Positions 10,968-18,999 of a DNA stretch of 32,000 bases are shown piece by piece. The notes below the pieces were generated by a model, which searched no databases, was not told the DNA's origin, and saw only the letters and a list, made by a program, of their open reading frames with translations. The first letter of the stretch is position 1; every line of letters begins with the position of its first letter. The position numbers were made by a program, and so were the translations under genes. The stretch is from Nostoc punctiforme PCC 73102 (GTDB lineage Bacteria > Cyanobacteriota > Cyanobacteriia > Cyanobacteriales > Nostocaceae): assembly GCF_000020025.1 (NCBI RefSeq), contig NC_010628.1, positions 1,440,001-1,472,000 on the forward strand, in the 5' to 3' direction.

Positions 10968-13900
10968 ATGACGCAGAAAGAGTTATTGCAACTGATAGAT
11001 CGTGCCGTGGCTGAGGGTTGGCGAGAGTTAGACTTGTCGGGGCAAGAGTTGACTGAGTTACCTGTGGAAATTGGTAAGTTGCAGCAGCTTGAGTCTTTGA
11101 TTTTGGGAAAGAAGGTTGAAGGTTATGAACGAGTAGGAGACCACTTTCTCGAAAAGGTTTCGGGCAACAATTTAAAAACGCTTCCACTGGAACTATTGGG
11201 TTTGCCTAATTTGCGTAAGTTGGATATTAGTGGCAATCCTTTAGAGAGCATTCCCGATGTGGTAACGCAAATACTGCATTTAGAGGAACTTATCTTAATT
11301 CGAGTAGAGCTAACTGAAATACCTGATGCGATCGCTAATTTAACCAATCTGACGCAGCTTATCCTCAGTTACAACCAAATAACCCAGATTCCAGAGGCGA
11401 TCGCTAAATTAAGCAATCTGACTGTGCTTATCTTCAGTGACAACAAAATAACCCAGATTCCAGAGGCGATCGCTAATTTAACCAATCTGACGCGACTTAA
11501 CCTCAGTTCCAACCAAATAACCCAGATTCCAGAGGTGATCGCTAAATTAACCAATCTGACGCTGCTTTACCTCAGTGGCAATCAAATTACTGAGATACCA
11601 GAGGCGATCGCGCAATTAACCAATCTGACGCTGCTTGACCTCAGTGACAACAAAATAACCGAGATTCCAGAGGCGATCACGCAATCAACCAATCTGACGG
11701 TGCTTGACCTCAGTAGCAACCAAATTACTAAGATACCAGAGGCGATCGCACAATTAACCAATCTGAAGCTGCTTTACCTCAGTGACAACCAAATTACTGA
11801 GATACCAGAGGCGCTCGCTAATTTAACCAATCTGATGCAGCTTCACCTCAGTAGCAACCAAATTACTGAGATACCAGAGGCGCTCGCTAATTTAACCAAT
11901 CTGACGCAGCTTTACCTCAGTGGCAACCAAATTACCGAGATTCCAGAGGCGCTCGCTAATTTACCCAATCTGACGCGGCTTTACCTCTATAGCAACCAAA
12001 TTACTGAGATACCAGAGGCGCTCGCTAATTTAACCAATCTGATCCAACTTGTCCTCTTTTCCAACCAAATTGCCGAGATTCCAGAGACGCTCGCTAATTT
12101 AACCAATCTGATCCAACTTGTCCTCTTTTCCAACCAAATTGCCGAGATTCCAGAGACGCTCGCTAAATTAACCAATCTGACGCGGCTTGACCTCAGATTC
12201 AACCAAATAACCCAGATTCCAAAGGTGATCGCTAATTTAACCAATCTGACAGAACTTCACCTCAGTAGTAACCAAATAACCCAGATTCCAGAGGCGCTCG
12301 CTAATTTAACCAATCTGACACAGCTTTACTTCAGTTCCAACCAAATAACCCAGATTCCAGGGGCGATCGCTAAGTTAACCAATTTGACGCAGCTTGACCT
12401 CAGTGGCAACCAAATTACCGAGATTCCAGAGGCGATTGAAAGTTTGTCGAAATTGGAAAAACTAGATTTACGGGGAAATCCGCTTCCTATTTCACCAGAG
12501 ATTTTAGGATCTTCTGATGATGTTGGTTCAGTTGAAGATATTTTCAATTACTTGCAATTACTCCGTAGCGGTGAAGTGCGTCCACTCAACGAAGCCAAAC
12601 TCTTGCTCATCGGACAAGGCAGCGTCGGCAAAACATCTCTCATCAAGCGACTAATCCGCAATGAATATGATGAGAAACAACCCCAAACCGACGGACTCAA
12701 TGTAGAAACTTGGAACGTGCAGGTCAATAGCAAAGACATCCGCCTGAATGTTTGGGACTTTGGCGGACAGGAAATTTATCATGCCACTCATCAGTTTTTT
12801 CTAACTAAGCGCAGCCTCTATCTCTTAGTCTGTAATTGTCGCACCAGCGAAGAAGAAAACCGCATCGAATATTGGCTGAAACTAATCGAAAGCTTCGGCG
12901 GAGAGTCCCCCGTGATTATCGTTGGCAACAAAAAAGACGAACAACCCTTGGACATAAACCGCAAGGCATTACGCGAAAAATATCCTAACATCCAAGAGAT
13001 TATCGAAACCTCCTGCCAAGATAATATCGGCATTGATGAACTTCGCACCGCCATTTTCCAGCAAGTCGGCAACCTCAAAGAAGTCTACGATCTTCTACCC
13101 CTGACATGGTTTGAGGTTAAACAACAACTCGAATCCATGCCCCAAGACTTCATCAGCTACAACCGCTACATCGGCATCTGCCACGAAAACAAAATTCCTG
13201 AAGAACAAAACCAAGATCAACTCATCGATCTCCTCCATCGGCTTGGCTTAGTTCTCAACTTCCGCGAGCATCCCATCCTCAAAAATACCAACGTCCTCAA
13301 ACCCAACTGGGTGACAGAAGGCATTTACGCGCTCCTGAGCGATGAAACCCTTAAAACTAAAACCAAAGGTATTTTCACCCCTGCCGATCTCACCCGCATC
13401 CTCAATTCAGAGCGCTACCCGACCGAACGTCATGGTTATCTGATCGAACTAATGAAGGAATTCGAGCTTGGCTTTGCACTAGAATGTCAGCCACCACAAT
13501 TTCTGATTGCGGGACTTCTGCCTAAAGACCAACCAGACAAAACAGAACTCCACGGCGAAACCCTGGAATTTCAATACCATTACAAAGTTCTCCCCGAAAG
13601 CATCATCTCCCGCTTCATCGTCAAAACCCACGAAAAAATTCATAACCAAATCTATTGGCGCAGTGGCGTAATGCTGCAATATCAAGAAAACAACGAAATC
13701 TACAACATTGCTCGGATCAAAGCCGATCCCGAAGACAAAAAAATCTTCATCACTATTAGCGAACGCCAAGAAACCCGCCGCTTATTTCTCGGCATCCTCC
13801 GCGATGTCTTCCAAAAAATCCACAAAAGTCTCCCCAATCTCGAAATCACCGAATGGGTTCCCGTCCCCAACCATCCCAAACATCCACCCCTCGACTACCA

Positions 13901-14525
13901 AGAACTCCTCGGACTCGAATCAATGGGTGAAAGTACAGTCATCATCGGCAAACTAAAATTAAAACTCGATTTGCGTCAACTACTTGATGGGTATGAAGAT
14001 ATAAGAACTCGACAAAGACAACAAATAGACAAAGGAATTATTGAACCATTCCCCATTAAGGAAAAAATTATGTCCGAAAGTATCAGAAACCAAATATTTG
14101 TTAGCTACAGTCATCAAGATGCAAAATGGTTAGCAGAACTGCAAAAACAACTAAAACCCTATATTCGTGCAGAAGGTTTGATCGTTTGGGATGACACCAA
14201 AATCAAACCTGGCGCAGAATGGAAAGCCGAGATTGAAAAAGCATTAGCCACGGCTAAGATTGCTATCCTGCTAGTCAGCCCTAACTTTATAGCCTCTGAT
14301 TTCATCGACAGACATGAACTTCCCCCCTTACTCAACGCAGCCGAACAAGAGGGATTAACAATTATCTGGATTCCAATTAGTGCAAGCTCATATAGAAAAA
14401 CCGAGATCGAAAAATACCAAGCTGCTCACCCTTCAAATAAACCCCTCGACAGTCTAAGTAAGGGAGAACGTAACCAAGCTTGGGTGAAAATTTGCGAAGA
14501 AGTCGAAGAGGCAATAAATTCATAA
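10968..14525 (+). CDS. ROCO-family protein with C-terminal TIR domain (LRR x ~20, Roc GTPase, COR, TIR)
   Basis: About 20 units of a 23-aa LRR (LTNLTQLxLSxNQITEIPEAIAx) are followed by a Roc GTPase with P-loop GQGSVGKT (12612-12635), DFGGQE and NKKD. A COR-like region comes next. The TIR domain runs from ~14094 (IFVSYSHQDAKWL...VWDD...ILLVSPNFIASDFIDRHELPPLL) and has a Glu at the position of the TIR catalytic glutamate. Confidence 0.9.
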   Translation: MTQKELLQLIDRAVAEGWRELDLSGQELTELPVEIGKLQQLESLILGKKVEGYERVGDHFLEKVSGNNLKTLPLELLGLPNLRKLDISGNPLESIPDVVTQILHLEELILIRVELTEIPDAIANLTNLTQLILSYNQITQIPEAIAKLSNLTVLIFSDNKITQIPEAIANLTNLTRLNLSSNQITQIPEVIAKLTNLTLLYLSGNQITEIPEAIAQLTNLTLLDLSDNKITEIPEAITQSTNLTVLDLSSNQITKIPEAIAQLTNLKLLYLSDNQITEIPEALANLTNLMQLHLSSNQITEIPEALANLTNLTQLYLSGNQITEIPEALANLPNLTRLYLYSNQITEIPEALANLTNLIQLVLFSNQIAEIPETLANLTNLIQLVLFSNQIAEIPETLAKLTNLTRLDLRFNQITQIPKVIANLTNLTELHLSSNQITQIPEALANLTNLTQLYFSSNQITQIPGAIAKLTNLTQLDLSGNQITEIPEAIESLSKLEKLDLRGNPLPISPEILGSSDDVGSVEDIFNYLQLLRSGEVRPLNEAKLLLIGQGSVGKTSLIKRLIRNEYDEKQPQTDGLNVETWNVQVNSKDIRLNVWDFGGQEIYHATHQFFLTKRSLYLLVCNCRTSEEENRIEYWLKLIESFGGESPVIIVGNKKDEQPLDINRKALREKYPNIQEIIETSCQDNIGIDELRTAIFQQVGNLKEVYDLLPLTWFEVKQQLESMPQDFISYNRYIGICHENKIPEEQNQDQLIDLLHRLGLVLNFREHPILKNTNVLKPNWVTEGIYALLSDETLKTKTKGIFTPADLTRILNSERYPTERHGYLIELMKEFELGFALECQPPQFLIAGLLPKDQPDKTELHGETLEFQYHYKVLPESIISRFIVKTHEKIHNQIYWRSGVMLQYQENNEIYNIARIKADPEDKKIFITISERQETRRLFLGILRDVFQKIHKSLPNLEITEWVPVPNHPKHPPLDYQELLGLESMGESTVIIGKLKLKLDLRQLLDGYEDIRTRQRQQIDKGIIEPFPIKEKIMSESIRNQIFVSYSHQDAKWLAELQKQLKPYIRAEGLIVWDDTKIKPGAEWKAEIEKALATAKIAILLVSPNFIASDFIDRHELPPLLNAAEQEGLTIIWIPISASSYRKTEIEKYQAAHPSNKPLDSLSKGERNQAWVKICEEVEEAINS
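11200..12500 (+). repeat. 69-bp-period coding tandem repeat array (LRR units)
   Basis: About 18 consecutive 69-bp units are highly similar at the DNA level (…aatttaaccaatctgacgcagctt…aaccaaattac[ct]gagat[at]ccagaggcg[ac]tcgct…). Confidence 0.85.
12021..12158 (+). repeat. Perfect 69-bp tandem duplication (2 x 69 bp) inside the LRR array
   Basis: 12021-12089 and 12090-12158 are identical (ctcgctaatttaaccaatctgatccaacttgtcctcttttccaaccaaattgccgagattccagagacg). Together they encode LANLTNLIQLVLFSNQIAEIPET twice. Confidence 0.95.
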
Positions 14526-14738
14526 AATAGAACTTATGTCAACATTAACCAAATTCAACTTAAATGTTATAGAAATAGGGAACAAAGTAGACACAGAACT
14601 AAAGCTTCCCTCTGGTAAATAGACTTTTATAACTTCAGGGGCGATCGCAAATTCAAGCTTCACAGCTATTAAACAACAAACAAGCGATCGCTATTCATCA
14701 ATAAATTTTAGGCATAATATCAAGGATTCAGTGGTCTA

Positions 14739-14779
14739 CAATCAGTGGGGGCTTGTACCCACCACTGATTGCAATTTTT
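14739..14779 (+). terminator. Hairpin plus T-run, candidate intrinsic terminator
   Basis: caatcagtgg (14739-14748) pairs with ccactgattg (14762-14771) and is followed by caattttt. It lies ~215 nt after the ROCO-TIR stop and next to the 3' end of the convergent VOC gene. Confidence 0.45.
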
Positions 14780-14798
14780 AATTAATAATTTTTAATTT

Positions 14799-15191
14799 TT
14801 AATTGGAGCAAAGCGACTTGACGAACTCTGCGATCTCTATACGATTTCCACCAGGATCGCGGATGAAAAACCGCACACATCCTGGTAGTGGTCGTTGATC
14901 GGGAATAATTTCTACTCCATACTCTTTTAGGTGGTTTTCAAAGGTGTTCAAGTCATCGACTTGGAAACAAAAATGTCTTCTAGATAGTTGGTTATTGGCA
15001 TTTTTCTCTCTACTAACGTGCAATTCAATGTTTCCCACCTGATACCAGGCTCCTGAATCGTTTTTGACCGCATCAGGTCTGGGAATTTCAGTTAATCCCA
15101 AAATTCTGCTGTAGAAAGATAGCATTGCATCCTCTACCTCAAGAGAATAAGTTGCCTGAATATGATGAACTGCTTTGAGCGCCATTTTCAC
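14799..15191 (-). CDS. VOC-family (glyoxalase/bleomycin-resistance/dioxygenase fold) protein
   Basis: The 130-aa protein has the typical VOC pattern: HHIQATYSLEVEDAMLSFYSRILGL, HVSRE, HFCFQVDD and FIRDPGGNRIEI. Confidence 0.8.
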   Translation of the reverse strand: MKMALKAVHHIQATYSLEVEDAMLSFYSRILGLTEIPRPDAVKNDSGAWYQVGNIELHVSREKNANNQLSRRHFCFQVDDLNTFENHLKEYGVEIIPDQRPLPGCVRFFIRDPGGNRIEIAEFVKSLCSN

Positions 15192-15250
15192 TCTCCTGTT
15201 GGGATCTCTCAGAATTTAGGGGACAGAAAAAAGTTATTCCTTATTCCCGG

Positions 15251-15394
15251 TCTGACTTTTCACGTTATGTGGAAAAGTCCACCAAAAACCTTACCCCCTA
15301 ATCCCCCGACGTAGGAAGGGGGAAAATTCAAAGTCTCTCTCCTAAAAGGAGAGAGATTTAGAGAGAGGTTTTCCAGATGCCGTGAAAAGTCAGA
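15251..15394. mobile_element. MITE-like element with 14-bp terminal inverted repeats and a 7-bp target-site duplication
   Basis: The TIRs are tctgacttttcacg (15251-15264) and cgtgaaaagtcaga (15381-15394). Direct repeats ttcccgg flank it at 15244-15250 and 15395-15401. The interior has GC hairpins (ccccct…aggggg, tctctctcc…ggagagaga). The 60-aa track ORF 15260-15442(-) lies inside it and is discounted. Confidence 0.65.
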
Positions 15395-15557
15395 TTCCCG
15401 GTAAGCTATTTCCTTCTTAAATAAGGACTTGCCTTTGAACATTGTTTATGAAATACTACTCTATAAACTACGGTAAGTCGGTAAAGTTTAAGTATTTTTG
15501 TACAAAACTTACCACAAACCATTTCGTTCTCAAAGTAATTACAGGCTAATCCCTAAG

Positions 15558-16334
15558 ATGACAAACACAGAAATTCGCACCACTCAAGTTAAAGTCCCTA
15601 ACGGGGATTTGCAAATCGATGCTTACTTAGCGGAACCGGCACAAAAAGGAACCTTCCCAGCCGTTATCGTGATTCAGGAAATTTTTGGGGTTAACATTCA
15701 CATTCGAGAAGTTGCTGAGAAATTTGCCAAAGAAGGCTATGTTGCGATGTCTACGACGGGCTACGCCTACGCACCGACTTTATTTCAACGCACTGCTCCT
15801 GGTTTTGAGGGTGGATACACCCCTGAAGATGTCCAGCAAGGAAGAGGGTATAAGGAACAGACAACAGCCGAGGAAATATTGAGTGATATTAAGGCTGCGA
15901 TCGCTTATTTAAAAAACTTACCAAATGTGCAAGGAGATGCGATCGGCTCTATTGGTTTCTGCTTTGGTGGTCACGTAGTTTATCTAGCTGCCACTTTACC
16001 AGATATTAAAGTTACAGCTTCCTTCTATGGTGGCGGTATTCCCAACTCAACTCCCGGCGGTGGAGAACCAACCATCACCCGCACTCCTGATATCAAGGGT
16101 CCCATTTACGCCTTCTTTGGCCTTGACGATCAAGGAATTCCGTTAGAGCAAACGGAACAGATTGAGGCTGAATTGAAGAAAAATCAGATTACCCATGCTA
16201 TATTTCGCTATTCTGGTGCAGGACATGGCTTTTTCTGCAACCATCGCTCTAGCTACAATGCCGAAGCTGCTGCCGATGCTTGGAAAAACGTTCAAGAACT
16301 TTTCCAAAAGAACCTTCAGCTTCAAAAAGTTTAA
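15558..16334 (+). CDS. Dienelactone hydrolase family protein
   Basis: The sequence shows the DLH pattern: FPAVIVIQEIFGVNIHIREVAEKFAKEGYVA…APTLF, a nucleophile-elbow-like GFCFGG, and GAGHGF near the C-terminus. ATG 15558 is preferred over the TTG at 15498. The gene contains an in-frame 24-bp repeat-like insertion (see findings). Confidence 0.85.
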   Translation: MTNTEIRTTQVKVPNGDLQIDAYLAEPAQKGTFPAVIVIQEIFGVNIHIREVAEKFAKEGYVAMSTTGYAYAPTLFQRTAPGFEGGYTPEDVQQGRGYKEQTTAEEILSDIKAAIAYLKNLPNVQGDAIGSIGFCFGGHVVYLAATLPDIKVTASFYGGGIPNSTPGGGEPTITRTPDIKGPIYAFFGLDDQGIPLEQTEQIEAELKKNQITHAIFRYSGAGHGFFCNHRSSYNAEAAADAWKNVQELFQKNLQLQKV

Positions 16335-16705
16335 ATCTTTGGGTTAAGAGTAATGTATGTTTGACGGCTTTATGTGGTGTTCGCCTAACAATCTGAGTCA
16401 AAAAACTTCTGAGAGATTTTAGCACACAAAACCGTCCCTCTCCGAATCGGAGAGAAACTTGAACTTTAGTTCGAGTCTGGAAAAGTTTCATTGAACTTAC
16501 ATTAAGAGCAATACGCAGTAGAGGCGAACAGATGTCACAGGTGTTCAGTCTCGTTTCAGAATGCCCAATCAATGAGGAATATTTCTAGCCTCTGGCAGGA
16601 AATGAAGTTTTAAAAGGATTGGCGTTTAAGTTGACACCAATATACAGATACGCCTCTACTGAGCATCGGTAACTATTAGCCAAATAAAAACAAAGTATCA
16701 CGTCC

Positions 16706-17752
16706 ATGATTACCGCCTTCAAACAGCCACGAGTTAATATTTTTCAGCGTTTTTCACTATTTCTATTACCTGGATTATTAACAATCTCAACTACCTTAGT
16801 TAGTTGTTCAGTCACAACCCCAAATGCAGGAAATGAAACCACTAGCTTTAAAACTAAAACTGTCCGTATGGGATATCAAAGCTCAGGGGATATAGTCAGA
16901 CTTAAAGGATTGATAGAAAAGCGTTTACAGCCTTTAGGCATTTCTGTCGAATGGGCGCAATTTGCTGCCGGACCGCAACTGATGGAAGCGATGAATGTAG
17001 GTAGGGTTGATATTGGTTCTGTAGGCGAAACTCCACCGATATTTGCCCAAGCTGCTGGTACATCTTTAGTATATATTGCTAGTAATAAACCCAGCACAGG
17101 TAAAGGAAGTGGAATTATCGTCCAAAATAATTCGCCAATTCGCACTTTAGCCGATCTTAAAGGTAAAAAAGTAGTTTTTCAAAAAGGTTCTGCTTCCCAT
17201 TACTTATTAATCAAAGCTTTAGAAGAAGCTGGTTTGAAATATAGTGATATTCAAGCCATTAGCCTCCCTCCTTCAGAAGCCCGTGATGCTTTTATTCAAG
17301 GAAAAATAGATGCCTGGGTAACTTGGGACCCTTATTTAGCTGTGGCACAAAAAAAAGCAAATGCTCGTGTTTTGAGAGATGCTAGCGGCATTTCTACTCA
17401 GGGCGGATATTACATGGCTGCGCGAAAATTTGCCACAGAAAATCCAAAATTAGTACGATTAGTTCTTGAAGAGGTAGATAACACAGGTCAATGGGGTGAA
17501 AAAAACCGAGCAGAAGTTGTAAAGCTGACTATTCCTCATCTCAAAATTGATGAAGATATTTTAGCAACAATGATTGGAAGGCGAACTTATGGCTTAAGAC
17601 CCATTACGCCAGAAATCATGGAAAATCAACAGAAAATTGCAGATTTGTTTGCCACAGAAAAAGTGATTCCTAAACCAATCAATATCAAAGAAGCGATGCT
17701 GAGTAGCGAACAATATGCAGCCATCACACCAGAAACCATTAGTCAGAAGTAG
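16706..17752 (+). CDS. Aliphatic sulfonate/nitrate/taurine (SsuA/NitT/TauT)-type ABC substrate-binding lipoprotein
   Basis: A lipoprotein signal with lipobox (TTLVSC) is followed by VRMGYQSSGDIVRLKGLIEKRL...VEWAQFAAGPQLMEAMNVGRVDIGSVGETPPI...KGKKVVFQKGSASHYLL...DAWVTWDPY, which is typical of SsuA-like proteins. No cognate permease or ATPase is in the window. Confidence 0.85.
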   Translation: MITAFKQPRVNIFQRFSLFLLPGLLTISTTLVSCSVTTPNAGNETTSFKTKTVRMGYQSSGDIVRLKGLIEKRLQPLGISVEWAQFAAGPQLMEAMNVGRVDIGSVGETPPIFAQAAGTSLVYIASNKPSTGKGSGIIVQNNSPIRTLADLKGKKVVFQKGSASHYLLIKALEEAGLKYSDIQAISLPPSEARDAFIQGKIDAWVTWDPYLAVAQKKANARVLRDASGISTQGGYYMAARKFATENPKLVRLVLEEVDNTGQWGEKNRAEVVKLTIPHLKIDEDILATMIGRRTYGLRPITPEIMENQQKIADLFATEKVIPKPINIKEAMLSSEQYAAITPETISQK

Positions 17753-17830
17753 TGCCAAGAACGTCAGGTAAATCAGTTTAGCAAAGTTGCTACTCATGAA
17801 ACCGCGATCGCCTAACTTTGTTTAACTTAC

Positions 17831-17870
17831 AGCAATTGTGCGTTCGAAAGTCTTGCTTCGCACAATTGCT
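17831..17870 (+). other. 12-bp perfect stem hairpin downstream of the binding-protein gene (possible terminator or repeat element)
   Basis: agcaattgtgcg (17831-17842) pairs with cgcacaattgct (17859-17870) across a 16-nt loop. No clear U-run follows. Confidence 0.35.
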
Positions 17871-17965
17871 ACACTGAGCAATCCACTCAGGCTGGATATT
17901 TGAGCATCTCTGCGTTTGTAATTTTGGTAAGCGATCGCAATCATTGCACATATATAATCAATTGC

Positions 17966-18075
17966 CAGGCGTAGCTCGCACTTCTCTACGAGACGCTGCG
18001 CGTAGCTTGCTTCGACGTTCGCGTAGCGTCCCGTAGGGAAGTGGTACGGCTGCGTTCAGTGACCACCGCAGGCAT
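17966..18075. repeat. Cluster of cyanobacterial small dispersed repeats (cgcgtagcgt/ccgtaggg type)
   Basis: gcgtagctcgcacttctctacgagacgctgcgcgtagcttgcttcgacgttcgcgtagcgtcccgtagggaag… shares cores (ttcgcgtagcgtc, acgctacgcgaacg, cgtaggg) with 1910-1945 and 28770-28790 in this window. Confidence 0.5.
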
Positions 18076-18999
18076 TGCTGCGATCGAAAAGCAAAATATG
18101 TATTTATTTTACCAGTACTTAAAGCATATCCAAAGTTGGTGGAACCCAGCCTTCTCCTGTAGTAGCTTGCTTCTCCAAAAGAGTACGCCTCAAAGACCTC
18201 TTTGGCTACTATAGGTCATATTTGATTTTTGAAAAACTCCGTACAACTCAAAAAGCCTTCTTTCCTATTGCCTCTTGCTTATTGCCTGCCTCTTCCCTTC
18301 CCACGCAAGTAAGTATGGCTACATGGCTACGCCACGCCACGCGAACAAAAATCAAAGCGGATTCCTATATAAAATCTCAAAATGTGAAGAACACAATAAG
18401 AGAATCCCTTAGCAAATACATTTTAGGGCAGATAATATAAAGAGTATACAAAGATAGCCATTTAAGTATAGACATCTAAGTAAATATTCAGTATTAAGTT
18501 AATATCAGGTTATTTAAATGTTCCCTATTTTAAGTTAGCCAATCCAAGGGCAATAGCTCAGAATGAGGTGAGGAAAATCTCTTTCCTTATCATAGAGTCA
18601 ACTGTTCCCTACTTTAAAGACACTAGGACTTACGCATTGACAAAACAATTAAGTTACGGAGTTTGAAGTTCAGGCATTTAAGCTTGATTTTGTGACGCTT
18701 TTTGCTCAATTGCTATTCAATCAAGGATGCTTATAAAAACCTGAAACGACCCACCTCAGTTACTTTATGCTGCATTAAAATTATACAGCGTATGAGGCTT
18801 TGCTACTTAGGCAGGCACTAATTGATTGCAAGCTGGTAAAAAGAGGAGATTTTTGAGAAAAATTACTGTCCCTTTTGAGGGACATAAAAGTATGCCGGAA
18901 GTGTCAAGTTTCGGTAAGTTCTTGTGTTCTAAAACAGTATTAACTCAGCGCTGAAAACTTAAACGTTACTGAAAAAATTGATTTAATTAGGTAAAAGTT

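Noticed and set aside
11123-12547. Minus-strand ORFs (74, 61, 85 and 73 aa) antisense to the LRR array; also the possibility that the 69-bp periodic repeats are a CRISPR array
   Set aside because: The antisense ORFs are repetitive mirror frames of the LRR coding repeats, with no starts or SD of their own. The repeats are contiguous with no unique spacers, and they are in frame within a 1185-aa protein, so this is not CRISPR.
13479-13956. 96-aa minus-strand and 82-aa plus-strand alternative-frame ORFs within the COR region of the ROCO gene
   Set aside because: They are contained within the long, domain-supported frame. Their compositions (F/V-rich antisense; S/K/P-rich shifted frame) are typical of non-coding frames.
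15260-15442. 60-aa ORF on the minus strand
   Set aside because: It lies inside the MITE (15251-15394) and is composed of its hairpin repeats.
16249-16572. 107-aa minus-strand ORF overlapping the 3' end of the dienelactone hydrolase gene
   Set aside because: It overlaps a well-supported CDS and repeat fragments (ccctctccgaatcggagag), and has no motif support.
16516-16661. 11-bp inverted repeat (cagtagaggcg / cgcctctactg) ~125 bp apart upstream of the sulfonate-type binding-protein gene, considered as a riboswitch or MITE
   Set aside because: An 11-bp inverted match within ~200 bp is expected about once by chance in a 32-kb window. There is no target duplication, no recognisable riboswitch core and no further pairing.
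18222-18440. 72-aa ORF in the 17.8-19.0 kb intergenic region
   Set aside because: It starts at a non-ATG codon, has no SD, contains repeat DNA (ggctacatggctacgccacgcc), and has no recognisable motif.
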